From: Pseudothermotoga sp.
GTDB taxonomy: Bacteria > Thermotogota > Thermotogae > Thermotogales > DSM-5069
DNA: 14,369 bases
Direction: 5' to 3'
Assembly (NCBI GenBank): GCA_041640575.1
Contig: JBEPZZ010000043.1
Coordinates: forward strand, 1-14,369
The stretch's first letter is position 1. Each line of letters opens with the position of its first letter. The notes under the pieces were generated by a model. It had not been told where the DNA came from, did no database searches, and was given only the letters and a program-made list of their open reading frames with translations. A program made the position numbers and the translations under genes. Below, in pieces: positions 1 through 9,074 of this stretch.

Positions 1-1
1 G

Positions 2-1783
2 GGAGAAACTTTTGAAGAAGGCTGGAGAAACAAACTTATCTGGGGAGATAACAAACTGGTGATCTCATCTCTGCTTGATAAATTTGCAGGCAAGATAAAC
101 CTCATCTACATTGACCCTCCGTTTGCCACAGGCGCTGATTTTAAGTTCAAGATCCAGGTTGGAGATGAGGCAGAGGAAATAACAAAGGAACACTCCATAA
201 TTGAAGAAAAAGCATACCGAGATACCTGGGGTAAAGGACTAGATTCATACCTTCAAATGATGTATGAAAGATTGGTTTTGATGAAAGAGTTACTGGCTGA
301 AAACGGAAGTATTTACGTGCATTTAGACTGGCATGTGGGACATTATGTAAAAGTGATGATGGATGAGATTTTTGGGTATGAGAATTTCAGAAATGAGATT
401 GTAGTAAGTAGAGTAAAGAAAAGTGACCCAAATATTAAGCGTTTTAATATGGCTACGGATATACTTCTTTTTTATTCTAAAACTTCAGAGATAATTTTTA
501 ATTTTATACCTTTCAAGAAATTAGAAAATGAGTATTGGCATTCATTAGATGCGCCGGGACAAGGAGAATCAAGAATATTTTTCGGTAAAGAAATTTCACC
601 CCCTCCTGGAAGGCACTGGATGTGGAATCAAGAAAAGATTGAGAAAGCAATTCAAGAAGGAAGATTGAGGTTGAATCCAACCACAGGGAAACCTGAATAT
701 TTAGTTTATGGTGGAAGATCTCAATTTTTAGACTCTAATTGGACAGATATCCCAGCCTACTCTTTTCTTAATAATTTTGATACAGAAAAATCAGAAGCCA
801 TATTAAAACGCATTATCCTTGCTTCATCGAACCCCGGCGACATAGTCGCTGACTTCTTCTGTGGCTCTGGCACAACATTAGCCGTTGCTGAAAAACTGGG
901 CAGAAGATGGATTGGCTGTGACCTTTCAAGATATGCTATCCATGTTACAAGGAAAAGATTACTTGAAATTCAAAACTCAAAGGACTTGATGGATGAAACA
1001 GGTACAAGAAAGTATGGCCAAAAGGCAAGACCTTTTGAAATCTTAAATCTTGGTAAGTATGAAAGACAACTCTGGCAGGTGAAAACCTTTACTGGCAAGG
1101 ATGAGAAAGAGGCGCTTTTTGAATATCTTGCTTTTATCTTAAGACTTTATGGTGCTGAACCCATCTCAGGCTTTACCCATATTCACGGCAAGAAAGATAA
1201 TGCACTTGTTTACATTGGCGCTGTTGACTCCCCTGTAACCATACAGGAAGTATTAGATGCAATAAAAGACTGTAAAAAGGTTGGACAAAAAGAACTCCAC
1301 ATCCTTGGCTGGGAATGGGAGATGGGTTTAAACGATGCTATTCAGGAAATTGCAGAAAAAGAAAATATAAAACTAAAACTTCGAATTATTCCTAAAGAAG
1401 TGCTTGACGAAGAGGCTGTCAGAAAAGGCGATATACATTTCTTTGAACTTGCCTACTTCAAGGTTGAAATAAAACTAAAAGATAAAAATGTTGAATTAGA
1501 GCTTAAAGATTTTGTTATTCCCCATACAGACTTAATCCCTGATGAAGTTAAAGACAAAATAAAAAAATGGACTGATTGGATTGACTATTGGGCAGTTGAT
1601 TTTGACTTCAAAAATGACACATTCAACAACAGCTGGACTTCTTACAGAACAAAGAAGGACAGAACATTGAACCTTAAAGCGTCCCATACCTATGAAAAAT
1701 CAGGCAAGTACAAAATTTTTGTAAAAGTTATAGACATATTTGGGATTGACACATCACAAATTTTTGAAGTGGAAGTGATGTGA
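2..1783 (+). CDS. mod: Type III-like R-M system DNA methyltransferase (Mod; beta-class N6-adenine/N4-cytosine MTase), 5'-truncated by the window edge
   Basis: The frame is open from base 2 (GETFEEGWRNKLIWGDNKLV...), so the real start lies upstream of the window and not at 59. Catalytic motif IV (IYIDPPF) precedes SAM-binding motif I (DFFCGSGTT), the beta-class order. The stop at 1781-1783 is 1 nt before a helicase-nuclease gene. Confidence 0.9.
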   Translation, partial: GETFEEGWRNKLIWGDNKLVISSLLDKFAGKINLIYIDPPFATGADFKFKIQVGDEAEEITKEHSIIEEKAYRDTWGKGLDSYLQMMYERLVLMKELLAENGSIYVHLDWHVGHYVKVMMDEIFGYENFRNEIVVSRVKKSDPNIKRFNMATDILLFYSKTSEIIFNFIPFKKLENEYWHSLDAPGQGESRIFFGKEISPPPGRHWMWNQEKIEKAIQEGRLRLNPTTGKPEYLVYGGRSQFLDSNWTDIPAYSFLNNFDTEKSEAILKRIILASSNPGDIVADFFCGSGTTLAVAEKLGRRWIGCDLSRYAIHVTRKRLLEIQNSKDLMDETGTRKYGQKARPFEILNLGKYERQLWQVKTFTGKDEKEALFEYLAFILRLYGAEPISGFTHIHGKKDNALVYIGAVDSPVTIQEVLDAIKDCKKVGQKELHILGWEWEMGLNDAIQEIAEKENIKLKLRIIPKEVLDEEAVRKGDIHFFELAYFKVEIKLKDKNVELELKDFVIPHTDLIPDEVKDKIKKWTDWIDYWAVDFDFKNDTFNNSWTSYRTKKDRTLNLKASHTYEKSGKYKIFVKVIDIFGIDTSQIFEVEVM

Positions 1784-1784
1784 A

Positions 1785-4541
1785 ATGTCAGGTCCACAAA
1801 AAACCTGGATTCAGTATGATAAAACTTTGCCTTATATAGAAGATCGTGACCCTTCAAAAAAACCCACTTCACACCTCATCAAAGATGGAGAGAATTCCTA
1901 TAGAGTCGTTGATGGAAGAAGACCAAGCAAAATGCTTCTTGTTAATAAACTAAGAGAGGCAGTAGACAAGTGGCGCGACGAAGATTATCCCGGTGTAACG
2001 AGCACAACAAGGGAACTATTATATTTCTGGTTTTTCAACGATCACAAAGTAAATGGCGAACTTTTCAAATTCTGGTTTTGTCAGAGAGAAGCAGTTGAAA
2101 CACTCATTTACCTTTTTGAAGTAGAAAAATATGATGATCTTGAACCGGTAATAAAAACCTACGCCGAAAATTTCGCAAAAGAAGTGTTTCCTAATGCTGT
2201 GGAATTCAGCGAAGACACTGAAGGAAACAGAAAGCTTGTTCGTTATTTTCCAGAACTTGGGCAGCAAGGAGAGCAGGATCTTCCTGAAAAAGGGCTTCTC
2301 AGATATGCCTTCAAGATGGCAACCGGGTCTGGCAAAACCTATGCTATGGCTTTGATAATTGTTTGGTCTTATTTTAATAATCTAAGAGAGAAAGATAGCC
2401 GTTACCCTAATAATTTCTTAATAATTGCTCCAAATGTGATTGTCTATGAAAGACTAGCAAAGGATTTTGCTGGTAATAAAGTATTTTACTCCTTACCTCT
2501 TATCCCTCCTGCCTGGAGGCCATATTGGAACATAAAAGTTACTTTAAGAGAGGATGACTCGCCTTTGAACCCATCAGGTAATCTTATTGTTAACAACATC
2601 CAGCAGTTATACGATACAAGAAGGGTTGAACAGCTGCCGGTGAACATAGTTGATGAAATACTTGGCAAAAGACCACAAAAGGATTTGACTAAATCCTCTG
2701 AGTTACTAACAGATAGAATAAAGAAACTTGACAATCTTTTAGTGATAAACGATGAGGCACACCATGTTCACGATGAAACACTTCAGTGGCATAAAACTTT
2801 AATGTCAATTCATAAAGCTCTACCTAGTGGAATAAACTTATGGCTTGATTTCTCTGCCACTCCTAAAACGCAAACTGGAACTTATTATCCTTGGATTATA
2901 GTTGACTATCCGCTTGCCCAGGCGGTAGAAGACAGAATTGTAAAAGCTCCTTTGATTGTTCACCGAGTAGATAAAAAGGATCCTGAAGATATAACTACAG
3001 AAAATGTTATCCAAAAATATGGAGACTGGATTCTTGCTGCCATAGAAAGATGGAAAGAACATTATGAGGTTTATTCTCAAGTTGGCAAAAAACCAGTTTT
3101 ATTCATTATGGCTGAAAACAACAATTATGCTGACAAAATAGCAGAAGCCATAAGAAAAATGGAAAATTTAAGGTTCGAAGATCCTGAAGAAGAAGTTATG
3201 GTAATACACGTCAAGACAAAAGAAGGTGAATCTCAGGAGACAGAAATTAAAATCACAGAAAAAGACTTACCTCGCTTAAGAAATTTGGCAAGAAATATAG
3301 ATGAACCGGATAACAAGATAAAAATAATTGTCAGCAATATGATGTTAAGAGAAGGTTGGGATGTTCAGAATGTTACGGTAGTGCTTGGGTTAAGACCATT
3401 TACTTCAAAAGCACAAATTCTTCCTGAGCAGGCGGTAGGCAGAGGTTTAAGGCTAATGAGAGGAATTAGCCCAGACCATACACAAACCCTTGAAGTTATG
3501 GGTACGCAGGGTTTTGAAGAGTTTGTTAGGGAACTTGAGAAAGAAGGAGTCGGGATAAATATAGTAAAAACTCCTCCTCCATTACCAGTGACAATTGCAC
3601 CCGAGAATTCAAGGTTAGATTATGATATTGAAATTCCACAAACAGAGTTTAGATACAAGAGAGATTACAACGAGCTTGATAGTTTTGACCCGTTGAAAGT
3701 TCCTTCTCTTTATTCTTCCGATAAACTTGAAGAGAGAAGGAAAATAATTTTGAAAATGAAATTTGCACCTACAGGAACAGATGTTGGAACAGCATACATT
3801 CCTGTCTCTTCTCTAACTTCTGGGAGAGAAGTTGTTGTTCATATAACAAATGAAGTTATGAAAAGAGCACATCTTACTTGTCGATTCAGCATACTATATC
3901 CAAAAATAGAAGAATATATTTTGAAGCGGTGTTTTGAAACAGAGATAAAAGATATTGAAGACGATAGGTTGAGGAACAATTTATCTGATATGAAAGTTCA
4001 AGAAGCAATCATCGATTTACTATCAGAGGAGATCGGAAAATTATCCGTTGAGCCAAGAGAAGTGGTGGTAAAGACAGGAACATTTAAATTATCAAAAATT
4101 GAACCATTTATATGGCGAAGAAAACACCTAAGATGCAAAAAAACAGTTTTTAATTTTGTTGCAGTCTACAATGATTTTGAAGCAAAATTTGCTCAATTCC
4201 TTGACGAATCACCTGAAATTGAAAAATTTTCTGCTCTTGCAGATAAATTTGCTATTGATTACCTTAGCTCAAGGGGTGCTATAAGACTTTATTATCCCGA
4301 TTTTGTTGCAGTCCAAAAGATTGGAAATAAAAAGATATACTGGATTATAGAGACAAAAGGCAGAGAATACGAGGACACTGATAAAAAAGATGCGGCAATT
4401 AAAAAATGGTGCGAAGATGTAACAAGCCAAACAAAACAAGATTGGCGATACTTGAAGGTCATGCAATCTACTTTCAGTTCATTGAAACCAGAAAGCTTTA
4501 GCCAGTTGGCTTATTTCATTCTATCTAGTCCCAATAAATAA
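1785..4541 (+). CDS. res: Type III-like restriction endonuclease Res subunit (SF2 helicase/ATPase plus C-terminal PD-(D/E)xK nuclease)
   Basis: Walker A MATGSGKT, Walker B NDEAHH, motif III SATP, motif V LREGWDV, motif VI QAVGRGLR, and C-terminal YPDF...IIETKG nuclease motif. Directly downstream of mod. Confidence 0.9.
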   Translation: MSGPQKTWIQYDKTLPYIEDRDPSKKPTSHLIKDGENSYRVVDGRRPSKMLLVNKLREAVDKWRDEDYPGVTSTTRELLYFWFFNDHKVNGELFKFWFCQREAVETLIYLFEVEKYDDLEPVIKTYAENFAKEVFPNAVEFSEDTEGNRKLVRYFPELGQQGEQDLPEKGLLRYAFKMATGSGKTYAMALIIVWSYFNNLREKDSRYPNNFLIIAPNVIVYERLAKDFAGNKVFYSLPLIPPAWRPYWNIKVTLREDDSPLNPSGNLIVNNIQQLYDTRRVEQLPVNIVDEILGKRPQKDLTKSSELLTDRIKKLDNLLVINDEAHHVHDETLQWHKTLMSIHKALPSGINLWLDFSATPKTQTGTYYPWIIVDYPLAQAVEDRIVKAPLIVHRVDKKDPEDITTENVIQKYGDWILAAIERWKEHYEVYSQVGKKPVLFIMAENNNYADKIAEAIRKMENLRFEDPEEEVMVIHVKTKEGESQETEIKITEKDLPRLRNLARNIDEPDNKIKIIVSNMMLREGWDVQNVTVVLGLRPFTSKAQILPEQAVGRGLRLMRGISPDHTQTLEVMGTQGFEEFVRELEKEGVGINIVKTPPPLPVTIAPENSRLDYDIEIPQTEFRYKRDYNELDSFDPLKVPSLYSSDKLEERRKIILKMKFAPTGTDVGTAYIPVSSLTSGREVVVHITNEVMKRAHLTCRFSILYPKIEEYILKRCFETEIKDIEDDRLRNNLSDMKVQEAIIDLLSEEIGKLSVEPREVVVKTGTFKLSKIEPFIWRRKHLRCKKTVFNFVAVYNDFEAKFAQFLDESPEIEKFSALADKFAIDYLSSRGAIRLYYPDFVAVQKIGNKKIYWIIETKGREYEDTDKKDAAIKKWCEDVTSQTKQDWRYLKVMQSTFSSLKPESFSQLAYFILSSPNK

Positions 4542-4884
4542 TAGGTAACGAAAGTTAATTTAATACGAAAACTCTATGCTTCAAAATAAACCCTTTTAAC
4601 AGCAAAGATTTTTCCACTACGCGCAAGTTTATAAATATTATGTTATCTACCCAAGATATTCGGCAACCTGTTTAATCAGTGGGGATGAATAAACAATTAA
4701 ATTTTGCCAATGGAATTGGCGGAGAAAAACTGCCGTGCAGAAAGATTAGCGAGATTATAGATAGGACAACGAAAGCAACCACATCATATGAACGGTTTGC
4801 AGTGATTCTGATTGTTGAACATAGAAAAGATTTGTTATTTCAAGTTTTTGCCAATCTTTTTTTACAAATAGGCACACAATGTTC

Positions 4885-4893
4885 TGTTATAAT
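4885..4893 (+). promoter_or_regulatory. Extended -10 sigma70-type promoter for the his operon
   Basis: TGtTATAAT at 4885-4893 is a perfect extended -10, about 45 nt upstream of the hisZ GTG. GGAGG Shine-Dalgarno at 4926-4930. No good -35 at 17-bp spacing. Confidence 0.6.
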
Positions 4894-4937
4894 CTTGCTC
4901 AAATAACTCTGTGAGCTGAAAACTGGGAGGTCATCAA

Positions 4938-6101
4938 GTGAGCAGAAAATTCACAGACTACTTTCCAGAGCAAGTTTCAAAGATCTTGCAAGTTGGAAAT
5001 AAGACCATGGATCTTTTTAAATCTTTTGGTTATTCTGAAATAATGCCTTCAACTTTTGCAGAATACGAAGCGAGTGCACTTTATGAAAACACTATAAAGT
5101 TCGTCGATACAGACGGATCAGTAATGATCCTTCGCAAGGAATTTACACCTAAGGCAGCTGAGATGGCGGTCAGATACAACGGTAAATATCCAGTGAAATT
5201 CTGTTATTTTGGTAGAGCGTATCAACTCTCACCAAAGGATGCTGGAGAACTACGTGAATTTTATCAATCTGGTCTTGAACATTTCGATACAGTGGACAAT
5301 ATCTATGCCGACATAGAGGTTATTGTGCTGGCTATTGAAAGTCTGTTAAGGCTGGGGTTTGAAAATTTCACAATCGACATTGGCGAGGTGAACTATTTCA
5401 AAGGAATAGCCGAAACTATAGGGTTGGATGATACATCAGCTGAAGCTTTGTGCAAGCTTGTCGATAATAAAGACTACATAGGTATCGAGAATTTTCTAAT
5501 CCAACGGAACTTGTCCGGAAAACTCATGGATATTTTCGGCAAGTTGACAAGACTCTATGGAAAAAGGGACAAGATTGATCTTGCGTATAACTTCGCTAAG
5601 AGTGAAAGATCCAGAATAGCTGCTGAAAGATTGAGAGAAATTTTCACAGCACTTGCAAAAATTGGTTATGAAAAATTTGTGTCTGTTGATTTTGGCATGG
5701 TTAAACATCTTGACTATTACACCGGGATAATTTTCTCAGGCTACATTTCAAAAGTTGGTTATCCAGTTTTGAATGGAGGAAGATATGATAACTTATGCGA
5801 AAAAATTGGAAAGAAACTCTATGCCGTTGGATTTGCCCTGAAGGTTGATGTCATAAGTTCTTTAATTACAGACTCACGAACATTGCCAACAAATGCCGTA
5901 TTCTTTGACGAAAGTTGTTTTGATCCAGCAATTCGAAAAGTTTTGTCAAGTAAGGACCAACTGTTTTTCTACCCACATCCAGTTAATTACGAGAAAGTCA
6001 TAGAAATTTCGAGCAAATTTGGATTCGAAAGGATACTTTACTTTTCAAAAGAAGGTATGAAAACTATCGATCTTAACACGGAGGTTGAAAAAGGTGATTA
6101 G
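4938..6101 (+). CDS. hisZ: ATP phosphoribosyltransferase regulatory subunit
   Basis: HisRS-like motifs (REFYQSGLE, LDYYTGIIF, GGRYD, AVGFAL). First gene, ahead of a short-form hisG. GGAGG SD before GTG. Confidence 0.93.
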   Translation: MSRKFTDYFPEQVSKILQVGNKTMDLFKSFGYSEIMPSTFAEYEASALYENTIKFVDTDGSVMILRKEFTPKAAEMAVRYNGKYPVKFCYFGRAYQLSPKDAGELREFYQSGLEHFDTVDNIYADIEVIVLAIESLLRLGFENFTIDIGEVNYFKGIAETIGLDDTSAEALCKLVDNKDYIGIENFLIQRNLSGKLMDIFGKLTRLYGKRDKIDLAYNFAKSERSRIAAERLREIFTALAKIGYEKFVSVDFGMVKHLDYYTGIIFSGYISKVGYPVLNGGRYDNLCEKIGKKLYAVGFALKVDVISSLITDSRTLPTNAVFFDESCFDPAIRKVLSSKDQLFFYPHPVNYEKVIEISSKFGFERILYFSKEGMKTIDLNTEVEKGD

Positions 6102-6750
6102 CATAGCTTTGCCAAAAGGGCGACTTGCATGCAAAGTGGGAGAATTACTGAACCGTTCCGGAATAGTTAAGATAGATGCTGAAATGCTAGGGGAACAGTC
6201 TAGAAAGCTCATAGTGGAGACTAAAGACGGAAAATTTCGAATCTTGCTTGTCAAACCATTTGATGTCCCAACCTATGTGGAACATGGGGTTGCAGACATT
6301 GGAATCGTTGGTAAAGACGTTCTTATGGAACTTGGGAAAAAGGTTTACGAGATACTAGACCTTGGAATTGGTAGATGTTACATTGCTTTAGCTGGTCCTG
6401 CTGGAGAAGCTATGACAATTAAGAATAAACTCAACAAGTCTGTTGCAACAAAATACCCTAACATCACAAAGATGTATTTTGAAGAAGTACTTAAGGAAAG
6501 TGTCAACATCGTTAAGTTAAACGGCTCAGTTGAGCTTGCCCCAATTCTTGGACTTACGGATATGATAGTTGACATTGTAGAAACGGGCAGAACACTGAAA
6601 GAGAATGGATTAGAGGTTTATCAGAAACTTTATGAGATTACTGCTCATCTGGTCGCTAATCGCGCTAGCTTGAAACTAAAACCAGAGGTTGAAGAATTCA
6701 TTGAGGTATTGGAAAGGATGGTTAAAAGTGAGAATAATCACGGCAAATGA
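6094..6750 (+). CDS. hisG: ATP phosphoribosyltransferase, short form
   Basis: IALPKGRL, DVPTYVEHGVADIGIVGKD, ATKYP, GSVELAP, IVDIVETGRTLKENGL. Start placed at GTG 6094, 9 nt after GGAGG (6080-6084), rather than TTG 6085. Confidence 0.95.
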   Translation: MISIALPKGRLACKVGELLNRSGIVKIDAEMLGEQSRKLIVETKDGKFRILLVKPFDVPTYVEHGVADIGIVGKDVLMELGKKVYEILDLGIGRCYIALAGPAGEAMTIKNKLNKSVATKYPNITKMYFEEVLKESVNIVKLNGSVELAPILGLTDMIVDIVETGRTLKENGLEVYQKLYEITAHLVANRASLKLKPEVEEFIEVLERMVKSENNHGK

Positions 6751-8044
6751 ATTTCTGACCAATTTCCAAGCGCGCACAATTTTGCTGGATGAATTTTTTG
6801 AACAAGAAGAGAAAGTGAAAGAAATTGTTAGACAAGTATACCTAGAAAGAGATGAAGCTTTGTTGAAATACACCAGACTCTTTGACTGTCCTGTGTGTGA
6901 ATTGGACGAACTAGTTGTTTCGGAAGAAGAAATAGATTTGGCCTATAGATGGTGTGAGGAGAACGAACCAGATTTCCTCAAGGCCATAAGAAAAGCCTAT
7001 GAAAACATAAAAGAGTTTCATGAAAAACAGATTGAGAAAAGCTGGTTCTACAACACCTCAAATGGTTCCACACTTGGGCAAATTATAACTCCACTAAAAA
7101 GAGTTGGGATATATGTACCAGGTGGAAGAGCAAGTTATCCTTCAACGGTTTTAATGTGCGTCATACCGGCCAAAGTTGCTGGTGTTGAGGAAATAGTTAT
7201 GGTGAGTCCACCTGATCGACAGGGAAGATTAAACAAATACATTCTGACGGCAGCAAGAATTTGCGGTGTTGAGAAAATATTCAAAGTTGGTGGCGCACAA
7301 GCTATCGCCGCACTTGCTTTTGGTACAAAGATTCTTCCAAAGGTTGATAAAATCGTTGGTCCTGGCAACATATATGTTGCACTTGCAAAGAAATTACTTT
7401 TTGGCGTTGTAGATATTGATTCGGTAGCTGGACCAAGCGAGATTGCAATCATTGCTGATGAATCAGCAAATCCGAGATTTATTGCTTTTGACTTGTTGGC
7501 TCAAGCAGAGCATGATCCACTCGCACGTACTTTCTTGATAACAAATTCGAATCAATTAGCATCCAAAGTATCAGAGGAGATACAAAAACTTCTTTTTGAA
7601 GAGCCGAATGAGGTAGCTAGTAAGTCTTTAGAGAAGTATGGCTTGATCATTTTGGTTGAAGAACTAAATCAAGCTATAAATGTTGTTGAAAGCATATCAC
7701 CAGAACATGTCGAACTAATTTGCAAAAATTGGGAAGAATTGTGGGCAAATATCAAATCAGCGGGTGCTATATTCATAGGTGAATTTTCTCCAGAAGCAAT
7801 TGGGGATTACATAGCTGGTCCCAATCATGTTCTTCCGACACAAGGTACAGCAAGGTTCTTTTCGGTGCTCGGTGTTCATGACTTCATAAGAAGAACGAGT
7901 TTGATAAAATATTCCAAAACAGATTTTTTGGAGAACTATAAACATGCGGTGAATTTAGCTCGCGCTGAAGGACTGCACTTTCATGCAAAGTCTTTGGAGG
8001 TGAGAAACGAGAATGTTTCGAAAAGAACTGGACAAACTTTCTAA
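6728..8044 (+). CDS. hisD: Histidinol dehydrogenase
   Basis: VGIYVPGG, GGAQAIAALAFGT, IDSVAGPSE, QAEHD, PEH, GDYIAGPNHVLPT. Start placed at GTG 6728 (AAAGGA upstream at 6713-6718); overlaps the hisG end. Confidence 0.95.
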   Translation: MRIITANEFLTNFQARTILLDEFFEQEEKVKEIVRQVYLERDEALLKYTRLFDCPVCELDELVVSEEEIDLAYRWCEENEPDFLKAIRKAYENIKEFHEKQIEKSWFYNTSNGSTLGQIITPLKRVGIYVPGGRASYPSTVLMCVIPAKVAGVEEIVMVSPPDRQGRLNKYILTAARICGVEKIFKVGGAQAIAALAFGTKILPKVDKIVGPGNIYVALAKKLLFGVVDIDSVAGPSEIAIIADESANPRFIAFDLLAQAEHDPLARTFLITNSNQLASKVSEEIQKLLFEEPNEVASKSLEKYGLIILVEELNQAINVVESISPEHVELICKNWEELWANIKSAGAIFIGEFSPEAIGDYIAGPNHVLPTQGTARFFSVLGVHDFIRRTSLIKYSKTDFLENYKHAVNLARAEGLHFHAKSLEVRNENVSKRTGQTF

Positions 8045-9074
8045 TTACACAACGCCAATTTTTGATGCAAAAATAAAGGCTGATGCAAATGAAAACTTGT
8101 TAGAATATCCTAAAAAATTGCGAGATATTCTTCTAAATTCTATAGAGGACACATTCGAAAAAATTCGATATTACCCCGAAATTGACTCAGAGTATTTGAG
8201 AAATTCACTTGCGACATTCTATGGGTTTGACAAAAACAATTTTATAGTTTCAAATGGTTCAGATGAGCTTATAAGATTGATCATTCAAGCGACATGCTAC
8301 CAAGGTGACTATATTTTGAGCACTTACCCTTGCTTTGCAATGTATAAAATCTCAGCTAATGGTCTGGGTGTCGAGCACAGCTCTTTCGATTTAACAAGAG
8401 ATTGGGATTTGAACGTAGATCAGCTTGTCTCGGTAGCAAAAAATATTAGTAGACTAAAAGTCATATTTCTTGACACTCCAAACAATCCTCTAGGTATTGC
8501 TTATAGTTATGAGAAAGTTGAATACATAGTGAAGCAATTACAGAATGTCTTGATCGTTGTTGATAATGCCTATGGTGAATATTGTGATGTGGATTATTTT
8601 TCATTGTTGAAATATCCAAATGTCATAATCACAAGAACCTTTTCCAAACTTGGTTTCGCAGGCCTAAGATGTGGTTATGGAATTTCGTCAAAAAACAATA
8701 TTGAGCAACTGAGCAAGGTTAAACCTCCGTACAATGTGAACATCTTCGCACAAGAAATCTGTGCAAAGATACTTGAAAACTTTGACTTGTTAAAAGAAAA
8801 TATTGACACAATAAAGAGTGAGAGAGATAAAATGCTTAAAAGTCTTTCTAATCGGTACTTTGTTTTACCATCGCAAGCAAACTTCGTTTCATTAATCGAT
8901 AACAAAAGTCAAGTTTTGTATGAAAGCATGAAAGAAGAAAGAATACTCGTGAAGCTTTTCAAAATGACAAACTTCAAACTTTTGAGAATAACCGTTGGAA
9001 AACCTGAAAACAACCAGGTTCTTGTAAATTGGCTTTTAAACTTCAAAGAAGGTGACATCTATGCGTCAAGCTGA
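8013..9074 (+). CDS. hisC: Histidinol-phosphate aminotransferase
   Basis: DANEN, NGSDELI, PNNPLG, DNAY, RTFSK (PLP lysine) LGFAGLRCGY, LRITVG. Operon position; GGAGGTGA upstream. Confidence 0.93.
   Translation: MFRKELDKLSNYTTPIFDAKIKADANENLLEYPKKLRDILLNSIEDTFEKIRYYPEIDSEYLRNSLATFYGFDKNNFIVSNGSDELIRLIIQATCYQGDYILSTYPCFAMYKISANGLGVEHSSFDLTRDWDLNVDQLVSVAKNISRLKVIFLDTPNNPLGIAYSYEKVEYIVKQLQNVLIVVDNAYGEYCDVDYFSLLKYPNVIITRTFSKLGFAGLRCGYGISSKNNIEQLSKVKPPYNVNIFAQEICAKILENFDLLKENIDTIKSERDKMLKSLSNRYFVLPSQANFVSLIDNKSQVLYESMKEERILVKLFKMTNFKLLRITVGKPENNQVLVNWLLNFKEGDIYASS

Noticed and set aside
59..61. ORF-track start of the methyltransferase at 59
   Set aside because: The frame is open to the window edge and encodes the conserved NKLIWGDN segment, so the true start is upstream.
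2..1783. Phase-variable simple sequence repeat in mod (phasevarion)
   Set aside because: No SSR tract in the visible part; only short A/T runs. The missing 5' end cannot be assessed.
4702..4729. Hairpin GCCAAT-gga-ATTGGC as terminator of mod-res; TTTTGCCAAT also recurs at 4846-4855
   Set aside because: Short stem with no downstream U-tract on the + strand. A single 10-bp AT-rich recurrence is compatible with chance.
4542..4937. T-box riboswitch or His leader peptide before hisZ
   Set aside because: No GGTGGNACC T-box motif, no antiterminator/terminator pair and no run of His codons.
8560..8575. HisC DNAY instead of the usual DEAY
   Set aside because: The PLP-contacting Asp and Tyr and the catalytic Lys are retained; likely a tolerated variant.
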